DNA of 64,000 nucleotides from Mytilus trossulus (Eukaryota): the NCBI RefSeq assembly GCF_036588685.1, contig NC_086379.1, positions 84,072,001 to 84,136,000 on the forward strand. The letters are read 5' to 3'. The notes under the pieces are model-generated. The model was not told where the DNA came from. It made no database searches and was given only the letters and a program-made list of their open reading frames with translations. How positions within the stretch are numbered: the stretch's first letter is position 1; the number at the start of each line of letters is the position of its first letter. Both the position numbers and the translations under genes were made by a program. Of this stretch, positions 50,623-64,000 are shown one piece after another.

Positions 50623-52649
50623 AAAAAAATTGGTACCGTTTATTTATTACAAATCACAAAATCAATTGAATTCTTACATTTCATTTTCTTAAAAAAAGAG
50701 AAAATGACCTATATATCAAGCTTAAACATTTTAACTAAGTATAATTTGCAAAGTCATAGAATGAAAGATTGGTTTAAAATTTCTTAACAGAAGAAATGTG
50801 CCGTTCCAATGATTAAACAAGTACATTAAAAATATCATTAACCACTAGAAGTTTATTTTCACTTAAATGATCTTCTTACAAATGACTTTTCTGTCGACGC
50901 CCCGACGCTGCCGCTACAATTGCACGGAAGACCAAACCTATGTCTAGTTGTATCGACTTCATAGAAAGAAGACAATAATACAACTATTCAGAAACTGAAA
51001 TGTAATCTCAGCTATTTATTTACTGCTGTCTTATGTAAATGAAGCAAAAGTAGTATACCGCTGCTCCAAAGTCATAAATTTATTGTAAGTGGCCGTCCTC
51101 AACTAGAGGACACATTTTACCATTTGATATTTATAATGTTTGACAGCCTAGTATTATATTTTGTATAACGGCATAAACAAGTATAAAGATCTCTTGTGAG
51201 AATTTTTTTTATTGGCTATCATACAACATCTTCTGTTTTGAAAATTGTACATACTAATTTTAAACAAATACACATTAGTTGATAATAGATTGAAAATAAG
51301 TAAAAATCTAAGAATATCTATAAAAAAATGATGCATATCAAAACCAATTTGATTTTAACTGTTTGCCAATGAATTACTCATTTTTATAAATGAAGAAATT
51401 TTGTTGGAGATGATTTTGAGGCCAATTTTCTGTTTTCTTCATCACTTACTCTTTTAAGGAAAATAGATTTATTGTTATTTTACAGGTCACCACTTACCAA
51501 ACTATGCAGACATTGCTATTTATTTCAGCTTTATATTCTATTTTTTTTTTACTTTAATGTTTAAAAGCTGTCAAGATAACAAATATAATGGCATGTTCAA
51601 TATTTTCTATAGAATTCCTGAGCAGTAGATGAGTAGTATATTCCCAAGGCTAGTTTTACTGTCACTCAAGATAACTTTTCTATGATGCATGTCACATAAT
51701 GCATTCAAACTGCATAAAAACACTTTGTTTATACTTTGTATATAGCAATTTTTCATGAATTTTTAATTACAAACTATGGAATTGTGATGCCAGACTTATT
51801 TATTAGTTGATCTATCACTCATTTGCTATTGTATTATATTTGTTAAATTGGTCACTTATGATATATTACAACATAGCAACACTACAAAAGGTTCCTTTTA
51901 CAATTATAGTCTTATTTCAAAAGTATTCTATTATTCAAATATCAATTTCATACTTAAACAAAAGGTTTGGACAAAAGGGAACGCCTCTACAAATCCTTTC
52001 CAACACAAGATGAGTCGAATGAAAAGATAAAGGTGTGGTAATAGTAATTTTTGTGTTACTCGTGTTAGTTCGCATCCAGTGATAAGTTTAATTCTGTAGG
52101 TCAAATTTGAGAAGAATATTGTGGTCACTACAGTTGGGACATGTATGTCTTAATCTATTTAACAGATTTTATATAACGGTAACCAACTTGTGTGGCGTCT
52201 GTTAATGTTTCGTGGGGATAATTAATTGTTGGTGTCAACATTTATGAAAGTTGACAACCTCTGGATGCAGGAAATTTCTCGCTACATTGTAGACCTGTTG
52301 GTGACCTTCTGCTGTTGTTTTTTCTATGGTTGGGTTGTTGTCTCTTTGACACATTCCTCATTTACATTCTCAATGTTGTGAGCATATATTGCTTTACATG
52401 CATTAGGCGTACCAACGTATAGGCGACGCCCTTGCTTACATTTCAGATGTTTAGTTCTCGTATTATATGTTCTCTGCATGTTGTTCACTTCTATACCTTG
52501 ACAAAGGTTAAGTCGTATTGTCATCAACATTCCTCACAGTTGAGAAACTTGGATTCAATTATGCTACACAAACAAAATTTGCTTTTGTAAGTTTAGCTAG
52601 AATCTCACATAAGATGCAAGTGAACAATTTTTCAAAAGAGCTTATACAT

Positions 52650-53047
52650 GAAATAAAATCAACGGTACCAATTTTGTTGCACCAGATGCGCATTTCGACA
52701 ATACATGTCTCTTCAGTGATGCTCGTGGCCAAAATATTTGAAATCCAAAGTATATATAAAAGATGAAGAGCTATAATCCAAAAGGTCCAAAAAGTATAGC
52801 CAAATTCGTGAAAGGAATCAGAGCTTTGCATGAGGGAGATACGTTCCTTAATTTATAATAAATTTCTAATATTTTGTAACAGCAAATTTTAATAACACAA
52901 AAAATCCGTATTTTCATGCCAGTACCGAAGTACTGGCTACTGGGCTGGTAATACCCTCGGGGACTAATAGTCCACCAGCAGAGGCATCGACCCAGTGGTA
53001 GTAATAAAATCAACGGTACCAATTTTGTTGCACCAGATGCGCATTTC
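52650..53047 (-). mobile_element. Family B retrozyme unit (~351 bp): hammerhead at 52679-52722 and a truncated second one at ~53030-53047
   Basis: aataaaatcaacggtaccaattttgttgcaccagatgcgcattt is repeated 351 bp apart. Confidence 0.8.
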
Positions 53048-54796
53048 AAGTTACGAGAACATTTCCTGTGAATTTCAAGTGAATTGAGACTCACTTCTAA
53101 TGAATCACACATGAGTTTCACGTTAATTATACGCCCACAAAATGTAATCGTCATGATTTTAATTCCATATGAAAGTTAAGATGTTATTAGAATTATTCCA
53201 TTTAAAAAATTTACATGAATTTTATGTGAAAAAAAAGTTGATGTGATTATCACGTTAATCATGCATGATCTGATTCCTGGTGAGTTTTTCCTATCAGCTC
53301 ATTTGAGTTAAATTTTACGTGAGATTCAGATGAATTTTTACTCACGTGAAATTGATGGGAGTGACATTTGCCTGTGTTGGCATTAAAACAATACTTTCAC
53401 TGATTTCGAATATCAATCATCTTTACACTGGGTAAATTTGCCCCTCTATAAAAAGTTATTCCAAGTTAAAACTTAATTTTATTTTAAGAATAAACACAAT
53501 AGTGAGAAATAAAATTGTAACCTATTTATTATCAATTGTAAAATATCTTATATGTGTCTGAGAAAACACCTTAAAGTATTGTTATCTTCGTGTGAAAGAC
53601 AAAGAAATGTGTTGTTCTTCAACGCATAGGGAAAATGTTTCAGGCAGATCATGATAATAACTTCAAAATGTTGGTGATTCATGCATCGCATTATCTAACT
53701 AATATAAAGGATCTGTAATTTTAATAATTAAATTGTAAAAAAACAACAGTTTCAAGATAAAGTAATTTAATACTGTCTTCAGACTTTTGTTTGGTCTACA
53801 AAAGACCCATTAGATGCGCTCGATCAAAGTATTTTGCATATATAACTGTGTTAAATGCTTCATTCAAACCAACCAAACGATTAATTGTCTTCCTTAACGT
53901 TTTATTATTTATTATTTATTTAAAACTGAGAATGGAAATGGGGAATGTGTCAAAGAGACAACAACCCGACCAAATAAAAAAAAAACAACAGCAGAAGGTC
54001 ACCAACAGGTCTTAAATATAGCAAGAAATTCCCGCATCCGGAGGCGTCCTTCAGCTGGCCCCTAAACAAATATATACTGGCCATACTCATTTCCAAATTG
54101 TACACAAGAAACTAAAATTTAATTTAATTAAGGACTAACAAAGGCCAGAGGCTCCTGACTTGGGACAGGCGCAAACATATTGCGGGGTTAAACAATCTTA
54201 ATCCTCCCCTATACCTCTAACTAAAGTAAAAAATTAAACGCATAACAATACGCACATTAAAATTCAGTTCAAGAGAAGTCCGAGTCTGATGTCAGAAGAT
54301 GTAACCAAAGAAAATAAACAAAATGACAATAATACATAAATAACAACAGACTACTAGCAGTTAACTGACATGCCAGCTCCAGACTTCAATTAAACTGACT
54401 GAAAGATTATGATTTCATCATATGAACATCAGGCACAATCCTTCCCGTTAGGGGTTTAGTATCATACCATCATAACATATATGAGAAGAACATAACCCGT
54501 GTCATGCCAACAACTGTTTTTATATGTCTTTAATGACTTGACAACAGTATATATAATATATCAAAGTTTTTCAAAACAAATATGTATAAAGATACTGTTG
54601 ATTCATTGCGAGTCTTTGCAAAAGTTCATCCACATTTTTTTCCACATTTAAGTTTCGATATGGATTCAGAAATTTCATATTTTTGTAAACATTTATTAAA
54701 AAGTTTGCTCATATAGAACTCGCATACTTAGACAGAAATGATTGATCATCTAAAGTATGTGTAATATTTATCAACAAAGTCATATTATCTTTACAG

Positions 54797-54882
54797 ATGG
54801 TCAGTGTATTGACCCTTGGAAGGCTTTCAAAATCAACTGTTATTATTTTGGTCAGAATAAGCTGACAATGACTGAGGCCCAG
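54797..54882 (+). CDS. Copy B exon 2
   Basis: ttacAG|ATGGTCAG...GCCCAG|GTATGA; 86 nt; DGQCIDPWKAFKINCYYFGQNKLTMTEAQ. Confidence 0.82.
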
Positions 54883-55830
54883 GTATGAATCTTTTTTATT
54901 AAATTAACGTTATGTAGTTATGATGTATTTTGATTGGATGAAAGACATGGCATATTTCACCAATTTTTATGTATTGTAATATTCTTTTCTCTGTCGGTGT
55001 AACTGTCGGATGGATCGGGTACAAAGTAACAACACTTGATTAGCACCTTATTTTCATGCTATGTTTATTTCAATTCTATCCAGTGGTTCTACAAAAGAAG
55101 ACATTCGTATACATTTCCCATTGGGTACTATGTTAAACTTAGTGCCCCACTGTCGTCCATTTTGTATAATGGATCGTCTACAAAGTGAAAACCTTTGGTC
55201 AGCATATCATAAAGAACATTCATACTATGATTGGTATTATTCCATTTAGTGGTTCTTTAATAGAAGACGATTTTATGTAATTCCTATTGGGTCCCATTTT
55301 CAACTAATAAATCCGCTGTCGGCCATCTTTGACTATGAATCGGCCACAAAGTAACAACAATTGGTCAGCCCCTCAAACGGAACATGCATTCCATGCATGG
55401 TTCCATTTCATTCAGTGGTTCTCTAGACGAAGTTAAAAATGTAAAAAAAACACCGAGGACGACGACGACAACGGACGACGGACGCGAAATTATTAGAATA
55501 GCTCAAGTGGCCCTTCGGACCAGGTGAGGTAAAAAGGAAAATCAGTAAGCAAATGGTAAAATCAAATGTTCAAACAAATGGATAACAACTGAAATATATC
55601 TGACTTTGTACACACATTTTCCTATGTCAAAAATGAGGAATTAAATCAACGATATGTGAACAAAACAAACAGACATAATAGGGTAAAAATGTCAAAATAG
55701 GGGTACAGCAGTCAACATTGTATCACTGTACAAACAAACAAATGTTTAATAAAGAGGCACAACATGGTATATAGACCAAGCATGTGAGGAAAGAATAAGA
55801 AAAAGATATATCTACACCGAATATATTTAA

Positions 55831-56519
55831 GGTAGCACAATACAAAGATTTTTTTTACTTCCAATCACTAACCTTTAAAATGGTGTAGCTTTCTTATTAA
55901 TGCATACCAAATAGTAAAGAGGTATAGATAGATAGATAAAAGATTAAATCATTATGTAATCAATTATTATGTAATTAGTGGTAAAATCTTGGTCAGTTCA
56001 CTTGAATGAATTTAGCTCTTTCATCTCTTTAACTATACAGAAAATTTTAACGAAATCTTAATCAACACATCATGGGCTTCAAAAGGGTGTCTCAAACTGT
56101 CCCTATGATATTTCACTCTCTCATAAATATCTAATTGGTGTGAACATCCTAACCACATGAAAGAAGATAATGTTTAATTAGGTGTAAAATTTGTTCTATA
56201 CAATCTATCTGAAATCTGAGACACCCTTTTGTAGATAATGGCCATAGGAACAACATATAATAAAATTAATCCTTTATGAATACCAATGAGGAAGCTAATT
56301 TCAATTGAAAGTGGAAATTTGAGGATTTGTTTTTAGACACAGTTAACATTATAATTGGTTACATAATTGTTGCACCATACTTACATTGCATTTATTTGAA
56401 AGAACAATCTGTTAGCTATCCATAACTACCACTTTTATAAATTTTCAAGCATAATTAAGAAAGTTACAGCATTTTAAAACTTGGGCGTTGGAGTTATTAA
56501 ATCTTTGTATTGTGCTACC
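55831..56519. mobile_element. Non-autonomous TTAA-targeting transposon (Kolobok-like), copy 2
   Basis: TTAA|GGTAGCACAATACAAAGATTT...AAATCTTTGTATTGTGCTACC|TTAA, perfect 21-bp TIR. Confidence 0.85.
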
Positions 56520-56630
56520 TTAAATTGAACATCTCTTTACAGGTGGAGATAAAAACATTACTTGAAAGCTGTTATTCATGTTTATGCATAATTTTGAGGA
56601 TAAGAGGATATTGAACAGATACTAGTATAT

Positions 56631-56750
56631 CATGTTATGGAGAGGTATTTGCGAAAAAAACAAGTCGCGGGACTTAAATTTCCCGAGCCGCTTGGCAAGG
56701 GAAATTTTGTCCCAAGACTTGTATTTTTAGCAAATACCCCTCCATAACAT
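56631..56750. repeat. Second foldback palindrome of similar architecture
   Basis: atgttatggagaggtatttgc...aaatttccc-gagccgcttggcaa-gggaaattt...gcaaatacccctccataacat. Confidence 0.8.
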
Positions 56751-58919
56751 AATATATCTGTTTAAATACACCGAATAAATTTTAATCTAAACTCTCTGCA
56801 TTAGGAAAAGGAAATATTTATTTGAGGACAAGAACTGTCATAAAATATACCGCGGGAACTATACAGATATGTATACGCGTTCGCGCTGTCTTTATGTAAC
56901 GTCATATCCGAACAAATGGCGGGAAGATGCTCGCGAGGGTAAAAAATGAATATCCAAAATTGCAAATACCATGGTATTTGACGCATATTCACCGGCAGTG
57001 GTAGATTCGTTTGAAATGAGGAAAAAATGTTAGATTATGCGAAAATACACTGACTATCAGCCAATCAAAAGCTGGCATTCTTATATAAGGTGTAATTATA
57101 TCATAGAACCGTGGGAATAATACCTGTACTAATACGCGTTAACTCTCTTTTTTTCATATAACGTCATATCCGAAAAATAAATCCGTAAAAAAAGAATATC
57201 CAAAATGGCAAATATCATGCGACTTTTTGTCTTTCTTGTGTTTTTATTACGTGACTCTGTAATTTAAAAGATCCCGTAAGTATTATATTGGTCTATTATA
57301 TATCATGATATTTCTATTATGAATTACTATATACGTTGAACCACAAACGTCAAAATCATTCAATCGCGTAGTGGTATTAACTATTTTTGGGTTCTCATAA
57401 ATTCTACCTATAACTTTTGGACTAGTTTTAATATCGGTCTATTTCTGTAATTTATTCTTACATACTTTTGACTTTTTAACCCTGTATGCTTACATTGCCT
57501 ATGTAAATTTTAAAACTGTTTGTATGCACATTGAACGACAAATTTATGTGACGTATAATATTTTCTGACGTCAGACTCTAAAATCAATTAATGTGTTCGT
57601 AGATAGAAGATGTTTTTGTGTTCGGTTAAATTGTCCCCTTTTAAAATTGTTATACGATGATGACTGATGTACCCATATTTTGACTATTTTATTAATTGTG
57701 ACTGTTTATTTAACGCATCATGTAAATATAACGGAATTTGATGAGACTGTTATTAAAGTGAGAGGGTTAGCGCTATAGAACCAGGTTTAATCCACCATTT
57801 TCTACATTTGAAAATGCCTGTTCCAAGTCAAGAATATGACAGTTCTTGTCCATTCGTTTTTGATGCGTTTTGTTATTTGATTTTGCCATGTATTATGGAC
57901 TTTCCTAATTGATTTTCCTCTGAGTTCAGTATTTTTGTGATTTTACTTTTTAAGGCAATTTCAACTGCAGTGGTGAAAATAGGCAAATTCGTTTGAAATG
58001 AGGAAAAAATATTAGAATATGCGAAATATACACTGGTTATCATCCAATCTAAATCTGGCTTTCTTTTATAAAGTGTTATGAAAGTACATAGCCACGTCAT
58101 ATTTGTTAACTTCTTAACCGGTATGTTTGGGAAATACCCCTTGTACATGTAAGCATGATATGTTTGTATAACATCATGTTTTCATGCAAAATTACATTGG
58201 CATTTAATTATCTTAATTAACTTGTTTGATTTAACAAATTTAAGTTGCAATGTTTTATGGTAGACTTTGAACAAATAGACGTCGTTTTTTTTTTCATCAA
58301 ATGAAAAATATAGTCGCTAGAAGTTTTTTTTTTATTCCAAACAAAACAGTCACGTCCTTTTTCATACATTGGGAAAGGTGGATATAAGTTTTGGGTTATA
58401 AATTCACTGAAGATGATATAATTAAAATGATGGACTTTTTAATTAATCGACACTATTTGTTTGTAGGATTGATATTTCAACGAACAGTCGATATTTCAAT
58501 GAGTACTTATTGTATACCCCTTATAGATCTGGTCGATTTGTTTTTGTACTGGTATGCAGCATAATGCATTCAGAAACTTCTTAAAGAAAAAAAGAAAGTG
58601 CAACTTGCTAATATTTTAAAGTTTTACTTAAGGTATATTGATAATGTACTTTCACTGAATAACCATTATTTCAGTTATAATAATTATAATTATATATTAA
58701 TACCTTTATTTAAAGAGAGTAACTTATTTGGAATAAACCAATTCTCTCTACATACACTGTTAACAATATGAATAAAACAGAATTATACATAATTAATCTA
58801 CTATTACACACACGTAAACAATAGACGTATATAAAGAAATATAACAACAACATTTGAAAAACCATATGATATACATTGTGGCTTAAATTAAACACTTTAA
58901 AAAATATAATGACTTGTAA

Positions 58920-61900
58920 GAGTTTTTAATGCAGATATACTTTTTAATTTTTAATTACACTAGATAGTGATTGCCACACTTTTGGAACACAAAAAGAAAA
59001 ACTTGATTTGTATAATTCTGTTTTTGATTTAGGTACAATAAAATTATTCGAAGATGAAAGTCGAGTATTGTACGATTGTTCACTACTTGTAGGCACAATA
59101 CAATTGGATAAATATTTTGTTGCCAGTTGGTGTTTTGATCTATACATTAATAATATTTTGTGGTAAAGTATTTTCTTGGTAACAGGAATTATACCAGATT
59201 CCTTAAATAGTTCCATAGATTGTTTACGAATATCGTGTTCGTTTAAAATAATTCTAGCTGCCCTCTTTTGCAATTTTAGTTAACTGTAAACTAAACACTT
59301 ATTACAGATTCCCCATACTGAACAACAGTAATCCAAATTAGGAAGAATGTGCATTGTAAAATAGAATTCGTTCATTGTTATTCAAGTATTTCTTGATTCT
59401 TTTAAATAAAGCTAATGAAGATTTTTTTTTATTATCTTATGAATAATTTGATAATACCAAGAAAGAGTGGTGTCAACAAAAATACCCAGGACTTTTCACA
59501 GTGACTTTCAATAATCTTTTGGCCCTTAATGGATACATTTTATGTGTCATTACACATGACAGACAGTTTTTGTTTTGAACCCATACACATTGTCTTAGTT
59601 TTTGACATATTAAATAACATTTTGTTTTCATCAATCCAATGACAAATATTTTCTAATACAACATTGAGTGTCTGACTTATAAACCTTTTGTCTTTTCCAA
59701 TTACAGAAATAGTGCTATCATCAGCAAAACGATCGAGATTATAATTCGGATTACACAAAGGCAAATCATTAATAAATATTGAGAATTAAATAGGACATAA
59801 AACAGACCCTTGAGGTACACCTGCTTTCAATGTGGATACATCTAAACAAATGTTTGAAATTGATACGACCTGATGTCTATCAGCTAAATACGAAGTAAAC
59901 CAATGAACTTCTGTATTATATTTAGGAGCAGTTTATGATTTAAAAGATCAAAAACTTTATACAGATCTAAAAATGCTGCCACTACTAAATTTCCTTCATC
60001 AACGACTTTTAACAATTTATCCAATAATATAAAGATGTCATAGCAGTTTGACATGAATGGTTTGCATGACAGCCTTATTGAATGACATACAATAGATTAT
60101 ATTTGGTTGGGAAATTTATCAAATGAGATTTTACGACAGTGTCACTCAAGGATCTTAGATAGTTATGGTGAAATTGCAATAGAACTGTACTCCAAAACAT
60201 CATTTTTAGAATTTTATTTTTAAATACTGGTAGAAATTTAGCCAATTCGAATAACAATAGGTTAATTGATTTTTTTTATGCTTAAATTAAAATGTGCCAT
60301 AATGGAACTGAAATTAGGTGTGATAACATTTTTAAAAACTTTGCAATGATATTATTAAGACCTGTTTTTTTTCTCATCAAGTGTGATTGACTGATGGAGA
60401 ACAAACTCATTAGTTTTGTGGTATGGTAAACAAGAAATTTTCTGGGACACGTCCCGAAATATATTGATCAAGTTTTCCAGAACAACTGGTGCTCGAGTTT
60501 GAATTAATATTAACCTTTTCAGTAATATTTGTAAAATAATTATTGAAAGTTTCAGCAATACTTTTAGGGTCTGTAATTGGTTTATTGGTACAGTCATTTA
60601 AGATTGCGTGCTCATAATAATTTGCACTACCATTTACATTATGCAATTTTTTCATAATTTGCTACTGTTTCCTTTTTCATGTACTAATACGTTAGTATAC
60701 ACATTTTGTTTTGAATTTTCTGTGAGGTATTTAACCTTGTTTATCCAAAACTTATAGTTATATGTGTATTTTTTCTTATGATAAAAACCAGGTGTTTTCA
60801 TGCATTCCTTAATTTCATCATTTATCCACTCATTTTGAAAAACATGTTTAACTCGCTTTTTAATGAGTAAAGAATGATGATTTAACACTTCAGTAAACAT
60901 ATTTATAAACTTAGTAGCACTCCATCAGGATTATTAATTTCTAGTAATTTGTCAAAGGAACACTGAGATAAATGGTGAAATATTTCGTAGATCTTAAAGT
61001 AATATACGTATGGATTTGCCTTTTCGTTTTTAATTCTCTTTTATGAGAAATACATACTGGATAGTATAAATTAATAAAGTCATCATAGAAACCGGGACTA
61101 AATTAAGTGTATACGCCAGACGCGCGTTTCGTCTCCAAAAGACTCATCAGTGACGCTCGAAACCAAAAAAGTAAAAGGCCAAATAAAGTAAGGAGTTAAA
61201 GAGCATTGAGGACCAAAGTTCCTAAAAATTTTGCCAAATACAGCTAAGGTAATCTATGTCTGAGGTAGAAAAGCCTTAGTATTTCAAAAATTCAATTTGT
61301 AAACAGTAAATTTATAAATATAACCATATCAATGACAATTCATGATAGTACAAAAAGTGCTGACTACTGGACTTGTGATACCCTCGGGGAAATAAATCTC
61401 CACCAGCAGTAGCATCGAACCAGTGGTTGTAAACAAACTCATCATAGATACCAGGACTAAATTTCGTGTATACGCCAGATACACGTTTCGTCTACAAAAG
61501 ACTCGTCAGTGACGCTCGAATCAAAAAAAGGTTGAAAAGGCCAAATCAAGTACGAAGTTGAATAGCATTGAGGATCAGAATGCTTAAAGTTTTACCAAAA
61601 ACAGCTAAGGTAATCTATGCCTGAGGTAGAAAATCCTTAGTATTTCAAACAATTCAATTTGTAAACAGTAAATTTATAAATATAACCATATCAATGACCC
61701 CTCGAGAAAACAAATCTCCACCAGCAGTGGCATCGACCCAGTGGTTGTAAATAAACTCATCATAGATATCAGGACTAAATTTAGTATATACGCCAGACGC
61801 GCGTTTAGTTTACAAAAGACTCATCAGTGACGTTCGAATCCTCTAATTAACTGATTGCATATTTTGGAACAGCAATATAATTAATATTTCTGGCACATTA

Positions 61901-62400
61901 CAATACACATGGTCAATTAAAATGGATGAAGTTTAAGTTACTCTGGTAGGTTCTGTAACTCATGTTGAAATTTTTTTTGATGTGTGACCACTTAGAATGA
62001 TTTTTAATTGACATTATATCAATACAAAAATCACCCATAATAATAGTTTCCTTATCTTCAGTGTTAACTTTTAACATCATGGTTCGGATCTTAGTAACCC
62101 AGTCAGCATTACTGTTAGGTGGTCTATATACATAACCTATTAAAATAGGCTTTTGATGAACATTAATAAGTTCTATCCACATTGACTCAATTTCTTTCAT
62201 ATCCAAATCGTCCCTTCTACGCATATTTATTTGTTTTGAAATATAAAGTAAACGCCCAACCCCAGATTTATCAATTCTGTCTTTTCTATGTTAATTGTAC
62301 CCTAGAAAATGGATTTTATTTTTAAGACACTATTTGACAAAAATGTTTTTCTCAAACATAAAATATCCGTGGTTGATTTTTGATTCCAGATTCAAAAGTT
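58920..62400 (-). mobile_element. Decayed CR1/L2-clade LINE ORF2 (APE endonuclease + RT), interrupted by the retrozyme array
   Basis: ESMWIEL...KPILIGYVYRPPNS...IMGDF; GVPQGSVL; FADDST; LQKRAARII. Confidence 0.85.
61075..61842 (-). mobile_element. Tandem hammerhead retrozyme array inserted in a LINE; hammerheads at 61114-61155 (intact), 61473-61514 and 61791-61832 (degenerate)
   Basis: Units of 359 and 318 bp, each delimited by a hammerhead motif. Confidence 0.82.
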
Positions 62401-63216
62401 GCCTCTAATTTCAGACGTTTGGACGAAATGAATGTGGATGTTGATTGGTAGTCTCTAATGGCACATATTTCCTTCCTGTTATCCTCTTTGATTATAATTT
62501 TTGTTCAACGTGCTAATTTGAATCATACAATCTAAGCATTGTGTTAACACAAGAAATTATGGTATGGCTTTGAACTTAAGCACCGCCTACGTTGGTATGT
62601 ACATGGTCCTGAAATAGCAATTTATTAGGACGATTGCTGTACAGAAAGTCTAACGTGTGATCAAGTATTTTCACTTGATTATCTTTCAACTTTTAGTAAC
62701 TACTGGTTGACTTTAGAAATAATCTGGTTTGACTTGTAATTTGTACCTTGGTAGAATTTATGAAATCATTATGTGCGTTTCCTGTAAGCTCTGTTTCATC
62801 GTGTGAATAAGATTTTTATAATCATTTATTTTAGTACGAATCGTATCTCTTTCAGACTTATTGTTGGTTCCATCATGCACAGCTATGACTTCAAATATAT
62901 ATATTATCTCAGGCAATTCTCAATATTCCTTGTTTTTCCTTCACGGATAGTGTTTACTTTTGTTGGGATGCTATTTGTTGTCATTTTTCTGGCCGATATT
63001 CGTTTGAGTGTAGAACTTCCTATTAGAAATATGTTTTTTTTTGTTATTGATTTTCTCAAATAATGGATATTTGGGACGTTCCAATTCTGTCACATGATAC
63101 TGAACGTTTGATAAACTTTTGGTATTTCTTAAAGACGGTTCTATAGTTGAGTGGCTATACTATATCCACTTTTTACTGCATTATTGTATATTCTAGGTGT
63201 CATTCAAGCATGCATA

Positions 63217-64000
63217 TGTTAGCGGCAATAAGTGAAATTAGGCATTAAGCTTAAATCCTAGGCAATAAGCTAACGCCTAGGCATTAAGTCTAATGCCTAA
63301 ATGATGTTAGGCATTAGTCTTAAATCCTAGGATTTAAGCTTAAATCCTGAAAATTGTGTCCAGGCATTAAGCTTAATGCCTAAAGTATAAATGCGAGTAA
63401 ATACAAACCATCTATTTAATTAAATTAAAATTATACATTTGTTGCATAATAACGTAACGAGAACTGAAGTTAAAAATGTCATCTACTGGAAATAATATCA
63501 CAGATAAAATATGTTTTCTGTTTCATTTTCACTTACAGGTTGATCATTTACAGACTATGTCTGGAGCTTTAGTAAGTCCTTTTCTTTTTCTAAGGTCATA
63601 TTTCTTTCGGAATTTGGTTTCTGATGTTAATCCAATTTCTGCACATTTACCAAATAAGACTTCATAGGGGGACCTTCCAATGCCGTTGTTTAGAGTTGAT
63701 TTTTTTTAATGTGGACAAACTTGATACCAGTTGACCACTTTGTTGATTCATTGTTCCTCAGACATGCAGTTAGCATGTCATGGATATCTCAATTTGATCG
63801 CTCAATGCTACCCTGTGATTGGGGATGTCTCAGTTTCCCATGAAAGATAACAAGTTATGGCCACATTAATTTTAACTCAGATATGACCAAAGCTGTGAAT
63901 TCCCGACCATTGTCACTTTGCAGTATATGGGGCGCACCAAAAATTCTAAAAATATCAATTAGATTAAAAGCCACCTCTGATGCACATTCCGAGGTAAGGG
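63217..64000 (-). mobile_element. Ginger2/Tdd-like (KRBA2/SCAND3-type integrase) transposon remnant, cut by the window end
   Basis: Minus strand EVAFNLIDIFRIFGAPHILQSDNGREF...RHPQSQGSIERSN; TGT start and short internal repeats at 63217-63385 as a probable terminus. Confidence 0.7.

Larger units (their letters stand above)
49355..55525 (+). repeat. Right arm of the inverted segmental duplication
   Basis: See left arm; each arm carries its own private transposon insertions. Confidence 0.85.

Noticed and set aside
50419-53154. ORFs of 64-127 aa at 50419, 50498, 52518, 52559 and 52771
   Set aside because: Translations of non-coding retrozyme repeats.
63539-63571. Exon-like piece VDHLQTMSGAL with AG/GT borders, superficially like lectin exon 3 (DDCQTMNGNL) for copy B
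   Set aside because: Lacks the conserved Cys, has the wrong length and lies antisense within the Ginger-like remnant; probably chance.

Overview
Eukaryotic, very AT-rich, repeat-dense genomic DNA, most likely from a bivalve of the Mytilus type. This is inferred from the repeat families and hammerhead retrozymes, not proven. (1) A full-length Ty3/Gypsy LTR retrotransposon (10316-21115) has 320-bp LTRs differing at 2 positions and an ATAT target duplication. Its cargo is unusual: a helix-hairpin-helix motif and a long Q/P/N-rich tract at the Gag N-terminus, a PHD finger at the integrase C-terminus, and a non-env ORF3/ORF4 behind a strong splice acceptor, with zinc-finger-like and ubiquitin/CIDE-N-like motifs. 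(2) Two divergently oriented paralogous genes encode a secreted PAN/Apple + C-type lectin protein and lie in an old inverted segmental duplication; I reconstructed their exons by hand. (3) About ten type I hammerhead ribozymes in three sequence families, partly in ~350-bp tandem retrozyme units. (4) Decayed Helitron, Tx1/L1-like, CR1/L2-like, Penelope-like, YqaJ/SWIM and Ginger-like elements, plus MITEs, foldback hairpins and minisatellites. Most short ORFs in the supplied track are spurious. No database searches were run; domain calls come from motif recognition by eye.
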